A stretch of 60,996 nt of DNA from a virus. Its lineage: Duplodnaviria; Caudoviricetes. This document shows positions 39,001 through 50,087 of the stretch, piece after piece. Position 1 is the stretch's first letter. Each line of letters opens with the position of its first letter. The notes beneath the pieces were generated by a model. It saw only the letters and a list, made by a program, of their open reading frames with translations. It was not told the DNA's origin and made no database searches. The DNA lies in the IMG/VR virus record IMGVR_UViG_3300026512_000014, positions 1-60,996 of that record, one strand, 5' to 3'. The translations under genes and the position numbers were made by a program.

Positions 39001-39960
39001 ATTGAAGCATATAAACATAAAGTTATACAAGGTAATGAGTCTGCTATATGGGGACATCCTTGGCGTGATTTTATAAGGCCATTTGTGGGGAGAATAGCGG
39101 GCTTATTTACAGATAAAGTTATGCCATGGGTAAAAAAACATAGACGTAATGAAATGTATCTTGATTATCTTAAATATGTAAAATATAGTAAAGCAGCAGA
39201 AATGTCTATGTACAGTGGCGATATACAAAATGCTTATAAATTCAAACAAATAGCATCAACAACAGCGGTTGCGGTAAACCCATATAAATCATTAATGGAA
39301 GTTTATCCTACACTTCCAAAAGAAGAACGTCCATATTTTATACACTTTGCAAAAGAAACAGATAAAGAAAGACGTAAAAAAATATTAGAAATGACATCAC
39401 CAATAATGAAACGTATATATAAAGCAAGATGGGAGTTATTAGATTATGCAAAAGCAAAAGAGGAATATGAAAAAGGAAAACTATCAGAAGAAGAATTCAA
39501 AAAGTTTAAAGAAAAAGTAAAACAACATATTGCACATGCAGAAGAAAGAGAAGAAGAATTATTTAGCCCAGAAATATTAAGTGAAGTAAAACAACTCCCT
39601 GAAACATATGGCAATGAATATACTGTTCCATTAACACAATGGGAAGGATATAGTCCACGTGTATCAATGACAGAATTAAAAGTTGGATTTCTTGAGTCAA
39701 TTGGCGAAGACCCAATAGATTACCGTATTCCTAAAAAAGAAATATTAAGATTAAACCATAAAGAACCAGAAGAATATTTTAGCAATATATCAATGTTTGA
39801 TAAAATTGATATGGGAATATATAATATGGGATTCAGTAATTTAAAACATAGATTAAAAAATATAATATATAATCGCAATGGGAGTGATAATTTACAACAA
39901 CATGTTTATACAATCGAATATAGACCAAAAATTAAATACGCATTTGAGAGGCATAATTAA
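36043..39960 (+). CDS. Large virion protein (tape-measure / ejection-protein-like)
   Basis: 1305 aa; follows the chaperones; several Gly-rich hydrophobic helices. Confidence 0.65.
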   Translation: MLPNKISQEYKDRPPKQVGPLHYLRSRVRNPNNIRVSPSVAAYKKARDDNERLLNYVSPLTTAALKTTVPLYFLSQIKDIDITSQTIRNWYLSQPFNNIYKNYPFPTEAEARNATIKVGDVIHQLFVNLESFASPISWLQPSSSLSPFLIPTSNKSLVISPQQIKKDIKYWKEVIDKANYPGFFDSIKTELLESGIIVENGVPKINNALRTVVAPRAKFVQKILELNTRRQVSQTWLAYRVKNKAGYHPGSYRESFNILLGKSTADIYYKWFKAQVRAYSLRYFRLLDDPLEFLSSFIGFETGVERTALYKSFKNKFGVGGAKYYGESLYKLWLRHIGLVGKNIILPLIAAKYTHEKLKDIHIESGIFTPIAYTGATLDIGRSIYGKPFKAIADVGDKFVPGMSSLGVAFGNIMMAGINTYIGARLFQSIRTSETYEAFYNIANTFTPLNKKGLEWLRPLSKIQQKAYLREKVKYEIPELLKKFMPSKLGEFIEKRIGSVSHMGKAARTAMIIAGILSIPNVIFGTARLLGGEKDTSTLIQEYTGHKNVPVYQSHDWLFGQQYRGGEFAAYMGPNWFQRMIHDYRGKTLWRNNESAEFRTLKSIPIIQDIIKPYYLEETNFKHQPYPITGPTTSFLGPIGPLYGATLGQLFKPTKYMFPEQWALTQKDALKKYEQEKIPTAIYQQTVAPIQPHQQSVMQEVYGTPLNEPFIFDVTKPARGKGIEPLISPYSAPILTAQAISAWQETIGLPGYISRLLVTNPEEWYSQYNVLPSASEINSLSEQYYYMNLGDYGQTEAWRRIVILQNAARKEYNMIQNDQPEWMPDEGFYIKFRHGDPYRQIYRGYERIPGPGLTERKEFANLKGVEYKNYPLSARLLILGDIAMTSDHFKQTYMVVDKLVKEGKATKDEEAALKRVRSEFIQKISSRKFLPYSNKEDLLQWSSLNPIKGVFRLAQTLEELIVHASSPLSELLPVAPKEKFSIHETPIEAYKHKVIQGNESAIWGHPWRDFIRPFVGRIAGLFTDKVMPWVKKHRRNEMYLDYLKYVKYSKAAEMSMYSGDIQNAYKFKQIASTTAVAVNPYKSLMEVYPTLPKEERPYFIHFAKETDKERRKKILEMTSPIMKRIYKARWELLDYAKAKEEYEKGKLSEEEFKKFKEKVKQHIAHAEEREEELFSPEILSEVKQLPETYGNEYTVPLTQWEGYSPRVSMTELKVGFLESIGEDPIDYRIPKKEILRLNHKEPEEYFSNISMFDKIDMGIYNMGFSNLKHRLKNIIYNRNGSDNLQQHVYTIEYRPKIKYAFERHN

Positions 39961-42900
39961 TGGCTAAAGATTTTTGGGATTATTTAGGTGAAACAATATC
40001 AACTGTCGGATTTGGATATGCAGCAGTTAGTTCTGCAAAAAACGTATATAAATCAAAAGAGTTTAAAGAAGCACTAAATAATTTTCAACACTATGTGTCT
40101 GGAGATAAAAAACAAGTAGTTGAAACCATTATAGAAGAGCCAGTAACACAAACTGTTACAAACAAAGCAACAACTAAATCAGCAGAAGATGTCGCTTCTG
40201 TATCAAAGAAAATGATAAATCAACAAAAAGAAATACAAGAAAAATTTATAAGTTTATATGATGACATAGCACGTAGTATGCATAAAGTTAACAGAACGTC
40301 TATGAATATTTTTAAAGAATATATTCCAGAAGACAAAATGCTTATAGAAGAAGAACTACCATATATTAAAAAGTTTCATGAAAAATTTAATGCAAAAGTA
40401 AATGAAAATATACAATCTCTTATTGAAACTAATTTAGAAAGAATAACACTTAATTTAAACTTAACAGAAGACCAAAGGAAAATTATTAAAAAAACAAGTG
40501 ATATTAGAAAAGAAATGTCTCTTATGCAAAAAGGATATTTCATAAAAGATATATATGGAGATGAAGAAGCGGGAAAAGCATTAATTAAACAAGCAGAATC
40601 ATTATTAAAAAAGAAAATAGTAGAAAGTTATAAACTAATTGATATAAAAAATATTGATGATGTTGAAATGTTATCGTCTCAAATACACAAGTCGTTATCA
40701 AATCTTGCAGGGTTATTAAAACCATTATCAGAAGATGATTCGCTTGTTTTTAGAGGTTTGTCAAAAACAAAACTTACAGAAACATTTGACAACATACCTG
40801 AAGTTATATCAAATGTGACAAGAGAAGAAGAACTTAACAAGTTATTTGAAGAAAGACATAATGTTACATTTGCAAACAGAGAACGGTTTAGTAATATAGA
40901 AAATATAATAAGCAAGCGTATTAATTTAAAAAAGATTGAAAAAGACATACAAAAAGGCAAAATGCCAATTAATTATATAGAAAAACAAAAAAAGAAAATG
41001 CTTAAAGATATAAATCAAGAAGTAATAGATATGTATAAGGGTATGTATAACAAAGCCATTGGCAGGCAGCAAAAGGCTTCTGAATATTATAATGCATTAA
41101 TTAAAGGAATTGAAGAAACCTCGTCTCCAGATTTTTCTTTTCAAGTAATCAATAAAGATGATACAAAATTATATATAGAAGATATTAATACATTCCTCGA
41201 TAAATTAAAAGAAAAAACAAAAGTAAGTAAAGATGTTCAAATACAAATAAACAAAGCAAAATCAACTATAAATTATTTTAATGAAATGTATAGAAATACT
41301 AATATAGAAGTTGTACCAGAATTATATTTTGAAACAGAAAAAGGAATTGAATCAATTGCTGGTACCATTAAGTTAAAACAAAAAGGTAAAAACAAGATAT
41401 TTGGCGAAATTGATATTGACATTGCAAACAACAAAGGATTATTAAGACGTGGCGATTCAATATATGTAGAACATCCACTTGCTAAACTATATACAGATGA
41501 TAAAGGAAGAAGAATATATGAAACAGTTTCAAAAGAAGAAGCAATAACACAAAAATTTCAAAGAACTGTAAGTGATTTAATGAGACAGGGTTATACACAG
41601 CAAGAAGCAATCAAAGTCGCATCAGAAGAAGTTAATAAATTTTCTATGTCTACATTAGAATGGATTGCGCCAAGAAGTATATATGATTATTACAAAGATA
41701 TTGAAACACCCGCCGTTAAGATAGCAAAAAGTAATTATAAAATACTTAATCCGGTAACATATGAGCCATATAATTTTTTCAATACAGAACAAATGTATAG
41801 CGAAGAAGGTGTTATTTTAAGAAAGCAAATTGGCTGGAAAAATGGGAAAAAGATATTCAAAGAGATGCCAATTGATTTTGAAAAAGTATATATATCAACA
41901 CCAAGCCAATTATATAAAAGTCTTGTTCCATTAGAAGGAATATACAATGAAACATATGGGTTATATTATAATCCAAACGAATTAAAGATATACAGGAATA
42001 CAGCAGTTGTTAAAAACTTATTATTTGAAGAAGAAAAAGGGTTGTTTAAACCAAAAGTATTCTTTGGTGATTATAATATCAAAACAGAAACAGGCGAAAT
42101 TAATTTATTATCAAAATTACAAGAAACAGCGTCAAAAATAAACGAAGAACAATTTGATAAAGAAACAAGAGAATTTATCAAAAGATTAAGAAAATTGCCC
42201 ATAATATCTGAAGACCAGTCAGCAATATTAAATAAAAATTTAGAAGATATGATTATAGGCAATTATGTATCAATGAAAGATGTTACATTAGAATCATTAA
42301 ATCTTAAGAAGGTATCAACACCAGAAGCACTTGAACTTGGATTTAAAGAAGAATTATTTAAATTATCAAAAGGTGAAAGAATTATAGTCAATAATAAGCC
42401 CTATAAATTGCCATCTGATTTATTTGTTACAAAAGCAATATATGAAGATGTACAAAAAGGTGTAAGAAATAAAATAACAACTGGTGTTTTAGAAGGAATG
42501 TTTGTTACAAATCTTGAAGAAGCATTACCAAAGTTTTTTGGTGTTGGTGGCTACAAGGTGTTAACTCCATTTAAAGTTGACACGGACATAGCAACATTAC
42601 TAATGAAACTTGGTTCAAACTCTGATGCAAGAAAATTTGTAGAAGATTATTTAGCAAAAAATCCAAATGATTTTGAAGGTCTTATAAAAGCAATATCACA
42701 AAATAGACAAATATTATTTGATTTTTCTTCTTATGTTGAAGATATGCCACATATTTTTTCTACTACTAAATCTGTCAAAAGTAATTTAAGAGGTGTTGGA
42801 ACACTATTTGATATATTAAAAAATAGCACAACACCAGAACAAAGAAAAACATTTGAACAATGGATGCAATCATTAGATATTAATGCAGGAACAAAAGCAG

Positions 42901-45530
42901 AATACTATGTCCAGGTGTTAGACAAGATGTTTAAAGATGAGTCTATGATTAAAAATGCACCAAAAATATTTGGACAAAAACTTGGTAATAGAATAGTAGA
43001 ACTTGCAAAAGAATATAAGAATCCAGACGGTGTCAAGAATATTGATTATGTTATGAGTATGACAAGAAAACTTCTTGCCGGTCAATCTGGGACATTAACA
43101 TCAGGTATATTAAACCAGGATATTCTTGTCGGAGACCTCGGAACATTTAACAGAGATGTATTTAGATATCTTGAAGAAAAAGCAAAACTTAATAATAAAT
43201 TTTATGGTAAATTTTTAGATACTCTTGAATCTTCACGTATCATAAACAGAACAAGAAGTCTTCAAACAATACAAGCATTTGCAGATGTTATAAAACAAAA
43301 AGATGCGGCAAATGCGGTTACATTAGATTTGCTTGAAAACAGAATATTATCACCACAAGGTGAAGTAATTGCAAAAGGACAAGCCGTTACAGATATTATA
43401 GAAGGATTGAAAAATTCAAAAAAAGCAGAAGAAAATCTAAAAGCACATAAAGACTTATATAATCTTTTAGAAGAAAAAGGATTTAACACATCTGTATTTA
43501 AAATAAAGAACACAAAAGAAACAAAATTAATGCCAATTCTTGCAGATGAGTTTAACTATCTAAAAGATATATTACAAAAAGGTAAAACAGAAATAGAAAT
43601 AGCAGGTGAAGTTGTATCAGAAGAAAATATAGTTTCAATTGTATCAAAAATTAGGTCATCATCGGCAAGATTTATTAGAGGATTTGCATCAAACAAAAAA
43701 GAATCAGAACAATTATATAATACATTTATACAAAACTTACGTGAATCATTTACATCTAAAAATAATTTAAGTAAGTTAATGTTTGAAGCAAGACCATTGG
43801 AGTCAATGCATGCAACAGCAGTATATGCACCACATTTAAAAACATCTGAATATGTAGAAAAACAAGTAAACAGGCTTGTCGAGACCATACAAAAAAGTGA
43901 CAATGCAGAAGAAATAATAAAACTCGCAGAAGAAGAGGGGTTAAGTTTAAAAGAATTTATAAAATCAAAAGCAGTTGTTGTTAATGCTGACCAATTAGAA
44001 CATGCAATAAGAAAAATACCTAAAGTTGAAAAACCAGACTTTATATTTAGTTTAATGACAAGATATCCAGTAGGTTCACCACAATCATTACAAACACACT
44101 TTGTTATAGGTGCACCAAAAGATATTATAGAAGAAGGAAGAGTTGCATTTTTGTCAAGAGCATCAATGAGTGCAGCATATGGTGATTATGATGGAGACAC
44201 ATTGCATTTTGTATTCACCAATATATCAAAAAATGAAGCAGAAAAAGGCGCATTAAATGATGCTGTTAAGTCATTAATAGACGAACATGTATTAAATAAA
44301 TCATTTGAAAAAGTACAAGAAAAAGTTAACAAAGGTATATCTGATGTCTTGGCAATGAAAGTTGCAGATGGTGGAACTATAACTGATGTTACAAAAGTAT
44401 TAAACGAACAGAAAATAACAGAAAAGGTATTAATAGGAAATATAACAAATATCATTAATAGAATATTTATAGCATCATCATATGGTACCAAAGATGCATC
44501 TCCATATGTTACGTCACAAATATTACATACTATTATGGAAAGAATTATTAAATCTAAAAAGAATATTTCAAATACAGAACAAATAGGTGAAATAACTAAA
44601 AATCTTTATCAAGTTCTTGATAAAATGTTAAGCGAAGGCACTTCTCCCGAACTACAAGATTCATTGTACAAGAACTTATCAAAATTTTTTGAGATGGCTG
44701 AATTTAAAAACACAACAAGCAAAGAAAACACAGAGTTAATGAGTGCATTTATAAATAGTTTAAAAGATTTAACAAAAACACAAGCACTCAATGACGACAT
44801 GTTAAATTATGTTAATAATCTTATAGGCGAACTTGAAAATGCAAAAACAGGAAGCGCAGATTATGTTGCAAAATTGTTAACAGAACATATATCAAATAAT
44901 ATAGACAAATCAAGAGAAGATATACAAAATTATATAAATATGTCAACCAAAAGAGTTCCAGAAACACCATTAGACCCAGCGGGTGTAAGAGCCCAAAAAG
45001 AAAGAATTAATGCAGAAAAGAGAGCGGCCGCTGCAAACATGTCAAATGATGCAGCAAGAGCAGCAGAGGAGGCAGCAGAAACAACAAAGAATACAGCAAA
45101 ACAAGCAACAAGAGTTGCTGAAGAAGCAAAAACAACACAAAGAGTAGTTGAGCAATCTTATAAACTCGGTGAAGATGTTATGAAACCATTATATAAGGCA
45201 ATATCTAAATCTGGATTTCTTAAAAAATCAATGTATGTTGGCCTTGGGATACTCGGCTATGAGGTTGCCAAAAATGTTATGACCGGTTGGGGACAAGATA
45301 AATTTGAAATACCAATTGCTGCAAAATCTGCATCTGAAATTGACCCATCATTAACAGATAATTATGATGTTATACATGTTGGTAATCCAACATTTGATAT
45401 TCATCTTGATAGTATCATAGATACAATATCATCTAAACGTGGTATAATGAAATTCGTGAATGGATTAACCGGTGAAGATTCTGTAAAAGTTACATTATAT
45501 GATAAACGTAATAATAGGAGATATATTTAA
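39960..45530 (+). CDS. Candidate virion-packaged single-subunit RNA polymerase within a tape-measure-like protein
   Basis: TRYP (RYP at 44061-44069), AAYGDYDGDTL (DYDGD at 44184-44198), then LIGNITN; Ala/Glu coiled coil and hydrophobic helix at the C-terminus; late tail operon. Confidence 0.78.
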   Translation: MAKDFWDYLGETISTVGFGYAAVSSAKNVYKSKEFKEALNNFQHYVSGDKKQVVETIIEEPVTQTVTNKATTKSAEDVASVSKKMINQQKEIQEKFISLYDDIARSMHKVNRTSMNIFKEYIPEDKMLIEEELPYIKKFHEKFNAKVNENIQSLIETNLERITLNLNLTEDQRKIIKKTSDIRKEMSLMQKGYFIKDIYGDEEAGKALIKQAESLLKKKIVESYKLIDIKNIDDVEMLSSQIHKSLSNLAGLLKPLSEDDSLVFRGLSKTKLTETFDNIPEVISNVTREEELNKLFEERHNVTFANRERFSNIENIISKRINLKKIEKDIQKGKMPINYIEKQKKKMLKDINQEVIDMYKGMYNKAIGRQQKASEYYNALIKGIEETSSPDFSFQVINKDDTKLYIEDINTFLDKLKEKTKVSKDVQIQINKAKSTINYFNEMYRNTNIEVVPELYFETEKGIESIAGTIKLKQKGKNKIFGEIDIDIANNKGLLRRGDSIYVEHPLAKLYTDDKGRRIYETVSKEEAITQKFQRTVSDLMRQGYTQQEAIKVASEEVNKFSMSTLEWIAPRSIYDYYKDIETPAVKIAKSNYKILNPVTYEPYNFFNTEQMYSEEGVILRKQIGWKNGKKIFKEMPIDFEKVYISTPSQLYKSLVPLEGIYNETYGLYYNPNELKIYRNTAVVKNLLFEEEKGLFKPKVFFGDYNIKTETGEINLLSKLQETASKINEEQFDKETREFIKRLRKLPIISEDQSAILNKNLEDMIIGNYVSMKDVTLESLNLKKVSTPEALELGFKEELFKLSKGERIIVNNKPYKLPSDLFVTKAIYEDVQKGVRNKITTGVLEGMFVTNLEEALPKFFGVGGYKVLTPFKVDTDIATLLMKLGSNSDARKFVEDYLAKNPNDFEGLIKAISQNRQILFDFSSYVEDMPHIFSTTKSVKSNLRGVGTLFDILKNSTTPEQRKTFEQWMQSLDINAGTKAEYYVQVLDKMFKDESMIKNAPKIFGQKLGNRIVELAKEYKNPDGVKNIDYVMSMTRKLLAGQSGTLTSGILNQDILVGDLGTFNRDVFRYLEEKAKLNNKFYGKFLDTLESSRIINRTRSLQTIQAFADVIKQKDAANAVTLDLLENRILSPQGEVIAKGQAVTDIIEGLKNSKKAEENLKAHKDLYNLLEEKGFNTSVFKIKNTKETKLMPILADEFNYLKDILQKGKTEIEIAGEVVSEENIVSIVSKIRSSSARFIRGFASNKKESEQLYNTFIQNLRESFTSKNNLSKLMFEARPLESMHATAVYAPHLKTSEYVEKQVNRLVETIQKSDNAEEIIKLAEEEGLSLKEFIKSKAVVVNADQLEHAIRKIPKVEKPDFIFSLMTRYPVGSPQSLQTHFVIGAPKDIIEEGRVAFLSRASMSAAYGDYDGDTLHFVFTNISKNEAEKGALNDAVKSLIDEHVLNKSFEKVQEKVNKGISDVLAMKVADGGTITDVTKVLNEQKITEKVLIGNITNIINRIFIASSYGTKDASPYVTSQILHTIMERIIKSKKNISNTEQIGEITKNLYQVLDKMLSEGTSPELQDSLYKNLSKFFEMAEFKNTTSKENTELMSAFINSLKDLTKTQALNDDMLNYVNNLIGELENAKTGSADYVAKLLTEHISNNIDKSREDIQNYINMSTKRVPETPLDPAGVRAQKERINAEKRAAAANMSNDAARAAEEAAETTKNTAKQATRVAEEAKTTQRVVEQSYKLGEDVMKPLYKAISKSGFLKKSMYVGLGILGYEVAKNVMTGWGQDKFEIPIAAKSASEIDPSLTDNYDVIHVGNPTFDIHLDSIIDTISSKRGIMKFVNGLTGEDSVKVTLYDKRNNRRYI

Positions 45531-48500
45531 TGTATTTACAAATTAATAATATAAAACTAAATTTACCGCCAGAGGCAATTGCAATACAAGACCATTCTGA
45601 TATAGATATAAAACCATCTTTATTTAAATTGCCAAATATATCTCAAGCAGGGACAGTTAAAAAGAAAATCATTATCACAACTAAAATAGGCCCCTCATTA
45701 TCAGAAGCACATGGGAGGCATCAATTTCAACAATTATTTAACATGCTTGCTACAATGCCGTTTGTATATATACAAAATGAATATATAGCAAAAACAATAG
45801 ATGTTAATAACCCAAACATGTTTTATTTATGCGGTGTTGACGATGTAAATTTTGTATTTGAGAATAATTATGTAGAAGTTTCAATGACATTCACATTAAT
45901 ACATAGTAAGTTTTATTATAATTTTGATGATACTGATTTATATAAATTTATAGACAAAGATGGTAATTATACTCCTGTACCATTTAATGTTGATTATTAT
46001 CCGTTCCACGGCAATAGATATTTCGGAAAATACAATGAAGAAAATTATTTAACAAAAATACATATACCATATGATGTAAACATAATATATGAAACAATTA
46101 CAAATGACACAAAAGTAGATGAATTATTGGATAAACTTAAAAAAGAACACCCAGCGTTATATTCTGTACTTAAAAAATATAGAGAAACAGTAATAGAAGA
46201 AGACACAGAAGATATTGAAAAAGTAAACAAGACATACACATATAAAACAAAAAACAAAACATATAAATTAAAAACACCTGCTGAATTATTTATAGAAAAA
46301 TTTTATTCATTAAAAAAATATCTCGGACAGTTAACAAAGCCAATTTATAAAATTAAAACATTTACATTTGGCAACGATATAATTAAAAGATATGACAAAG
46401 TAAATTCAATAGTAATAAGAATACATCATAATAACATTTATCATAGAATATCAGGATTAACCACCCCTATATTACAAAATATGGGAGAGCCAGAAATTAC
46501 TGTACAAATGAATATTATGTTAACACAAGATGAAGAACATAATATATCTAATATAAATCTCACTTCATATATAGATAAATATATTGCATTATACAATTCA
46601 AAAGAAACAATAAACAAAAAAAGATTATTATCAATTGATAATAAAATACTTGACGCAATTAATTTAAAGTCATTTGTTGTTTTAGATTATATAACATCTA
46701 CAACTAATTCTCCACATTCAAGATTATTAAAACTTAATTTATTATATCAAAGAGAAGAAGATGACATGTTTCTGAAATACGAAGGTGAGGGATTAAACAG
46801 GCCCACATATAAAGACTGGCAAGAAGAAGTTTTTAATGATATAATACAATCATTAAGTGACATAGCAAGAGGTAAGAAGAAGTCAAAAGTTTTGACATCA
46901 AATGAAGCAATAAGTATATTTACAGCATGGACAAAAACAAAATTTATAAATATTATGTTATCTGAAATGTTTTTTCTTGATTATAATGAAAAGGAACAGT
47001 TATTAAGAGAATTGTATAAAAGAAAAGTACCAATACAAGAATTAATTGACAACGAAGATTTAACAAAAGATATAAGACCAATAGCAAACTCACCAATAAG
47101 ACCTGACATTATGCTCGGCGCACCATTGAAATCTCCGAATTATTATCTTAATATGGAACATAATATTTTACCTAAATTGTCAAAAAGACTCGAGACATAT
47201 GTACAATCATTAAATGACTATTTTGGTGGATATTATAAAGCATTTAGCGATTTTACATTTAATCAAATAGATAAATTTATTGATGTTGTAGACACCTCTA
47301 TTCAAAACAAGGGTGTGGTTAAAAATATATATAAAAAACAAATGTCTGATGCATTAAAATTAAATCAATCAATAAACAACATAAGAGAAATAACACACAC
47401 AATGCCATCAAAACATAATACCACTATAAAAAAGAACGTACATAACGAAGAAGAAAATCAAAAATATGTTGTAAAACCATCAAAAGAAAATCAAAATGCA
47501 CTTGATAAAAAAGCAATAAATGATATAGCAATGAAAACAATTAAAGACTATTTGTATAAATCGTTTCAACTTGGTAACAATAAATTTTATCCAGGTGTTA
47601 AAGTCTTTTTTATAGAAGATAATTCAAGAACATTTATGGGAGATATTAATCCTGTTAGTGGTAGAAGTGAATTTGCTGATGCAGATAGATACTTTTCAAG
47701 TTATAGGGTTCTTGGAGTGTCTGTTCATAAAGATAAATATAAACCTGATGATAATGCAATTATCTATTTTTATAATCCAGCGGTATACACACAGGCATAT
47801 AAAGATGATTCAAAACCTGCATATATAAACACAGAAGACAATATAGAACAGAAATTTCTTATTATGCCTGGTACCAAAGTTCAAATTTGGATGGGATATG
47901 GTAATAATCCTGATAATTATACTTTAATATTTAATGGAGTTATAACCGGTGCAGATGCGAATACAGCAGATGAAGTGATGGCACAAAATGGAATTAGAAG
48001 ATTATTAGCACAAGGTTATGGTAGAGAATTACTTAATCCTATAAACGAAGACATAGGCGAAGACTTAATAGCAACATTTGATACAGTATATGATTTACAA
48101 AAAGCAATATTATCATCACCAGATTGTCCACATCTTGGATATTATGATGTATATGGCTCATATACGTCAAGATATAAATGGGATTGGTTGCATGTTAAAA
48201 GATTACCAGCAGGTGCAGAAGATAATATATATTACACAAAAGAAGAATTAAAATTGTTAGACAGTTTTGGCTTGTTTAAATTTAGTACTGATGATACTGT
48301 TGATACATATGTTTACACTGGGCAAACAAAATGGGAAATGCTTGCTTCTATATTATATAGATTTCCATCAAAAGTACATGCTGTTTTACCATATGGAGAC
48401 AGGGCAACATATTATTTTGGCCCACGATTTGGTTATTATTTTTCAAGGCCACCAAAGAATAAATTAGAAGTTATTCTTAAAGAAGCCTTTAATAAAACAT

Positions 48501-49621
48501 ATAGTAGTAATATATTTGAATTTGGCCCAAAAACGTATGATGAAAAACATCAAGAAGGATGGTTTTTTGATAGAACGCCATTCTCATCAACAGAATATAT
48601 TACAATGTTTGCACAATATTCAGGATTTTCAGATGATATTATACAACCGTTTGCAAAAATGCATATTATAGATAGCAACATTAATTTAATAGCAAATGCG
48701 ATAACAATTGATGATAATCCTGTGTATACAAAGGTTAATATAAGATATGACGGGGAAGTTGACCCCAAAACAATGGTCGCAAAAACAGAAGAAAAGTTAA
48801 CAGTAAAATTACATGATGCAATCCCTGATGAATATATTCGTGTTGCAGATTTTCCTGCATATAATTGTAGAAGTGAATTTTATGCAAAAAGATTTGCGTC
48901 AAAATTCTTTATAGATAGTTTAAATAAAATGTATTCTGGCAAAGTGATAACAATAGGCGACCCAACAATAAAACCACATGATATAATCTTTTTATCAGAT
49001 GATAAAACAAATATGTACGGTTTCTTTGAGGTTAGAGAAGTTCTTCATATTATTGATGCAGAAATGGGATTTATAACTGTTATAACACCAGGATTTTTAA
49101 CAATGGCAAACGATTTTTATACCGGTGATGTAATAGGTGCAAATATAATATCATTTTTATTTGGCGTAGAAAATGCAAACTGGATTGCTAATTTAATTTT
49201 AGGATTTATGGGATTAACAGATAAATTTAAATCAATGTTCCCAAATCTTTCTGAAACAAAACTTGATGTAGACAGTGCCATTGCAAAGTTTTCTGGGATA
49301 GGCGCATTGCTTGATTTCTTTTCAAATGACTGGTTGTTTAATTTTAAAAGATATTATGATAAAACAGGATTCTCAAGATATCCATTTGCAACAACCATAA
49401 ATATAACAGGCATACCTATATTTATGATGCCATTATTTTATGATGGTACCCCATATTTATCAGGCGTACTTGGTCCTGCTGATTTTTATTTATGGTCTAC
49501 AATTGGTTCAAAAGAAATGCTTGATAATGTAACAAAATATAGATATACAAAGGAAACATCTGGAAGATTAACATTCTTTGAATGGTCACATGATGAATTA
49601 GAGGAGTTCTATAATGACTAA
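45530..49621 (+). CDS. Large baseplate hub-like protein
   Basis: PGTKVQIWMGYG..LIFNGVIT, AQGYG, GKVITIGDPTIKPHD..GFFEV..H: a gp27/GpD-like pattern. Confidence 0.78.
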   Translation: MYLQINNIKLNLPPEAIAIQDHSDIDIKPSLFKLPNISQAGTVKKKIIITTKIGPSLSEAHGRHQFQQLFNMLATMPFVYIQNEYIAKTIDVNNPNMFYLCGVDDVNFVFENNYVEVSMTFTLIHSKFYYNFDDTDLYKFIDKDGNYTPVPFNVDYYPFHGNRYFGKYNEENYLTKIHIPYDVNIIYETITNDTKVDELLDKLKKEHPALYSVLKKYRETVIEEDTEDIEKVNKTYTYKTKNKTYKLKTPAELFIEKFYSLKKYLGQLTKPIYKIKTFTFGNDIIKRYDKVNSIVIRIHHNNIYHRISGLTTPILQNMGEPEITVQMNIMLTQDEEHNISNINLTSYIDKYIALYNSKETINKKRLLSIDNKILDAINLKSFVVLDYITSTTNSPHSRLLKLNLLYQREEDDMFLKYEGEGLNRPTYKDWQEEVFNDIIQSLSDIARGKKKSKVLTSNEAISIFTAWTKTKFINIMLSEMFFLDYNEKEQLLRELYKRKVPIQELIDNEDLTKDIRPIANSPIRPDIMLGAPLKSPNYYLNMEHNILPKLSKRLETYVQSLNDYFGGYYKAFSDFTFNQIDKFIDVVDTSIQNKGVVKNIYKKQMSDALKLNQSINNIREITHTMPSKHNTTIKKNVHNEEENQKYVVKPSKENQNALDKKAINDIAMKTIKDYLYKSFQLGNNKFYPGVKVFFIEDNSRTFMGDINPVSGRSEFADADRYFSSYRVLGVSVHKDKYKPDDNAIIYFYNPAVYTQAYKDDSKPAYINTEDNIEQKFLIMPGTKVQIWMGYGNNPDNYTLIFNGVITGADANTADEVMAQNGIRRLLAQGYGRELLNPINEDIGEDLIATFDTVYDLQKAILSSPDCPHLGYYDVYGSYTSRYKWDWLHVKRLPAGAEDNIYYTKEELKLLDSFGLFKFSTDDTVDTYVYTGQTKWEMLASILYRFPSKVHAVLPYGDRATYYFGPRFGYYFSRPPKNKLEVILKEAFNKTYSSNIFEFGPKTYDEKHQEGWFFDRTPFSSTEYITMFAQYSGFSDDIIQPFAKMHIIDSNINLIANAITIDDNPVYTKVNIRYDGEVDPKTMVAKTEEKLTVKLHDAIPDEYIRVADFPAYNCRSEFYAKRFASKFFIDSLNKMYSGKVITIGDPTIKPHDIIFLSDDKTNMYGFFEVREVLHIIDAEMGFITVITPGFLTMANDFYTGDVIGANIISFLFGVENANWIANLILGFMGLTDKFKSMFPNLSETKLDVDSAIAKFSGIGALLDFFSNDWLFNFKRYYDKTGFSRYPFATTINITGIPIFMMPLFYDGTPYLSGVLGPADFYLWSTIGSKEMLDNVTKYRYTKETSGRLTFFEWSHDELEEFYND

Positions 49622-50087
49622 AACCCTAAATGAACATATTAATGAAATAAAAAATGAACTCAAAGATGCGGTGTTAAGATTAAAACAAAATATAGAATCA
49701 ACACATAGTATAAAAATATATGGCACAGTTTGGAAGGTGATTATAGAGCAAGGACAACCAATTAGAGTACTCGTAGAAGTGACAGACCAATATAGACCAA
49801 ATACACTCCCTGAAGGTGTTACATATCTATTTGGTGCACCAATGGAAAAACCATTAAAAGGCGCAATTATAGAATTACTTGAAAGTCCTGAATATTTAAA
49901 TCATACGTTTGGGGCAAATTGGGAAGATATATTAGTTGGACACCCTGTATCAATATTTTATAAAAGAGGCAAAATTAATACAGCAAAAGCAAAACTTGAA
50001 CCAAAGCCTGGGACAATGATAGACTTAGGATGGGCATATAAACCAGAATCTTGTCCAAAGCAAATAGGCAAATATGGAGGATTTTAA
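49614..50087 (+). CDS. Baseplate protein (possible OB-fold spike part)
   Basis: Follows the hub; YGTVWKV..VLVEV. Confidence 0.55.
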   Translation: MTKTLNEHINEIKNELKDAVLRLKQNIESTHSIKIYGTVWKVIIEQGQPIRVLVEVTDQYRPNTLPEGVTYLFGAPMEKPLKGAIIELLESPEYLNHTFGANWEDILVGHPVSIFYKRGKINTAKAKLEPKPGTMIDLGWAYKPESCPKQIGKYGGF

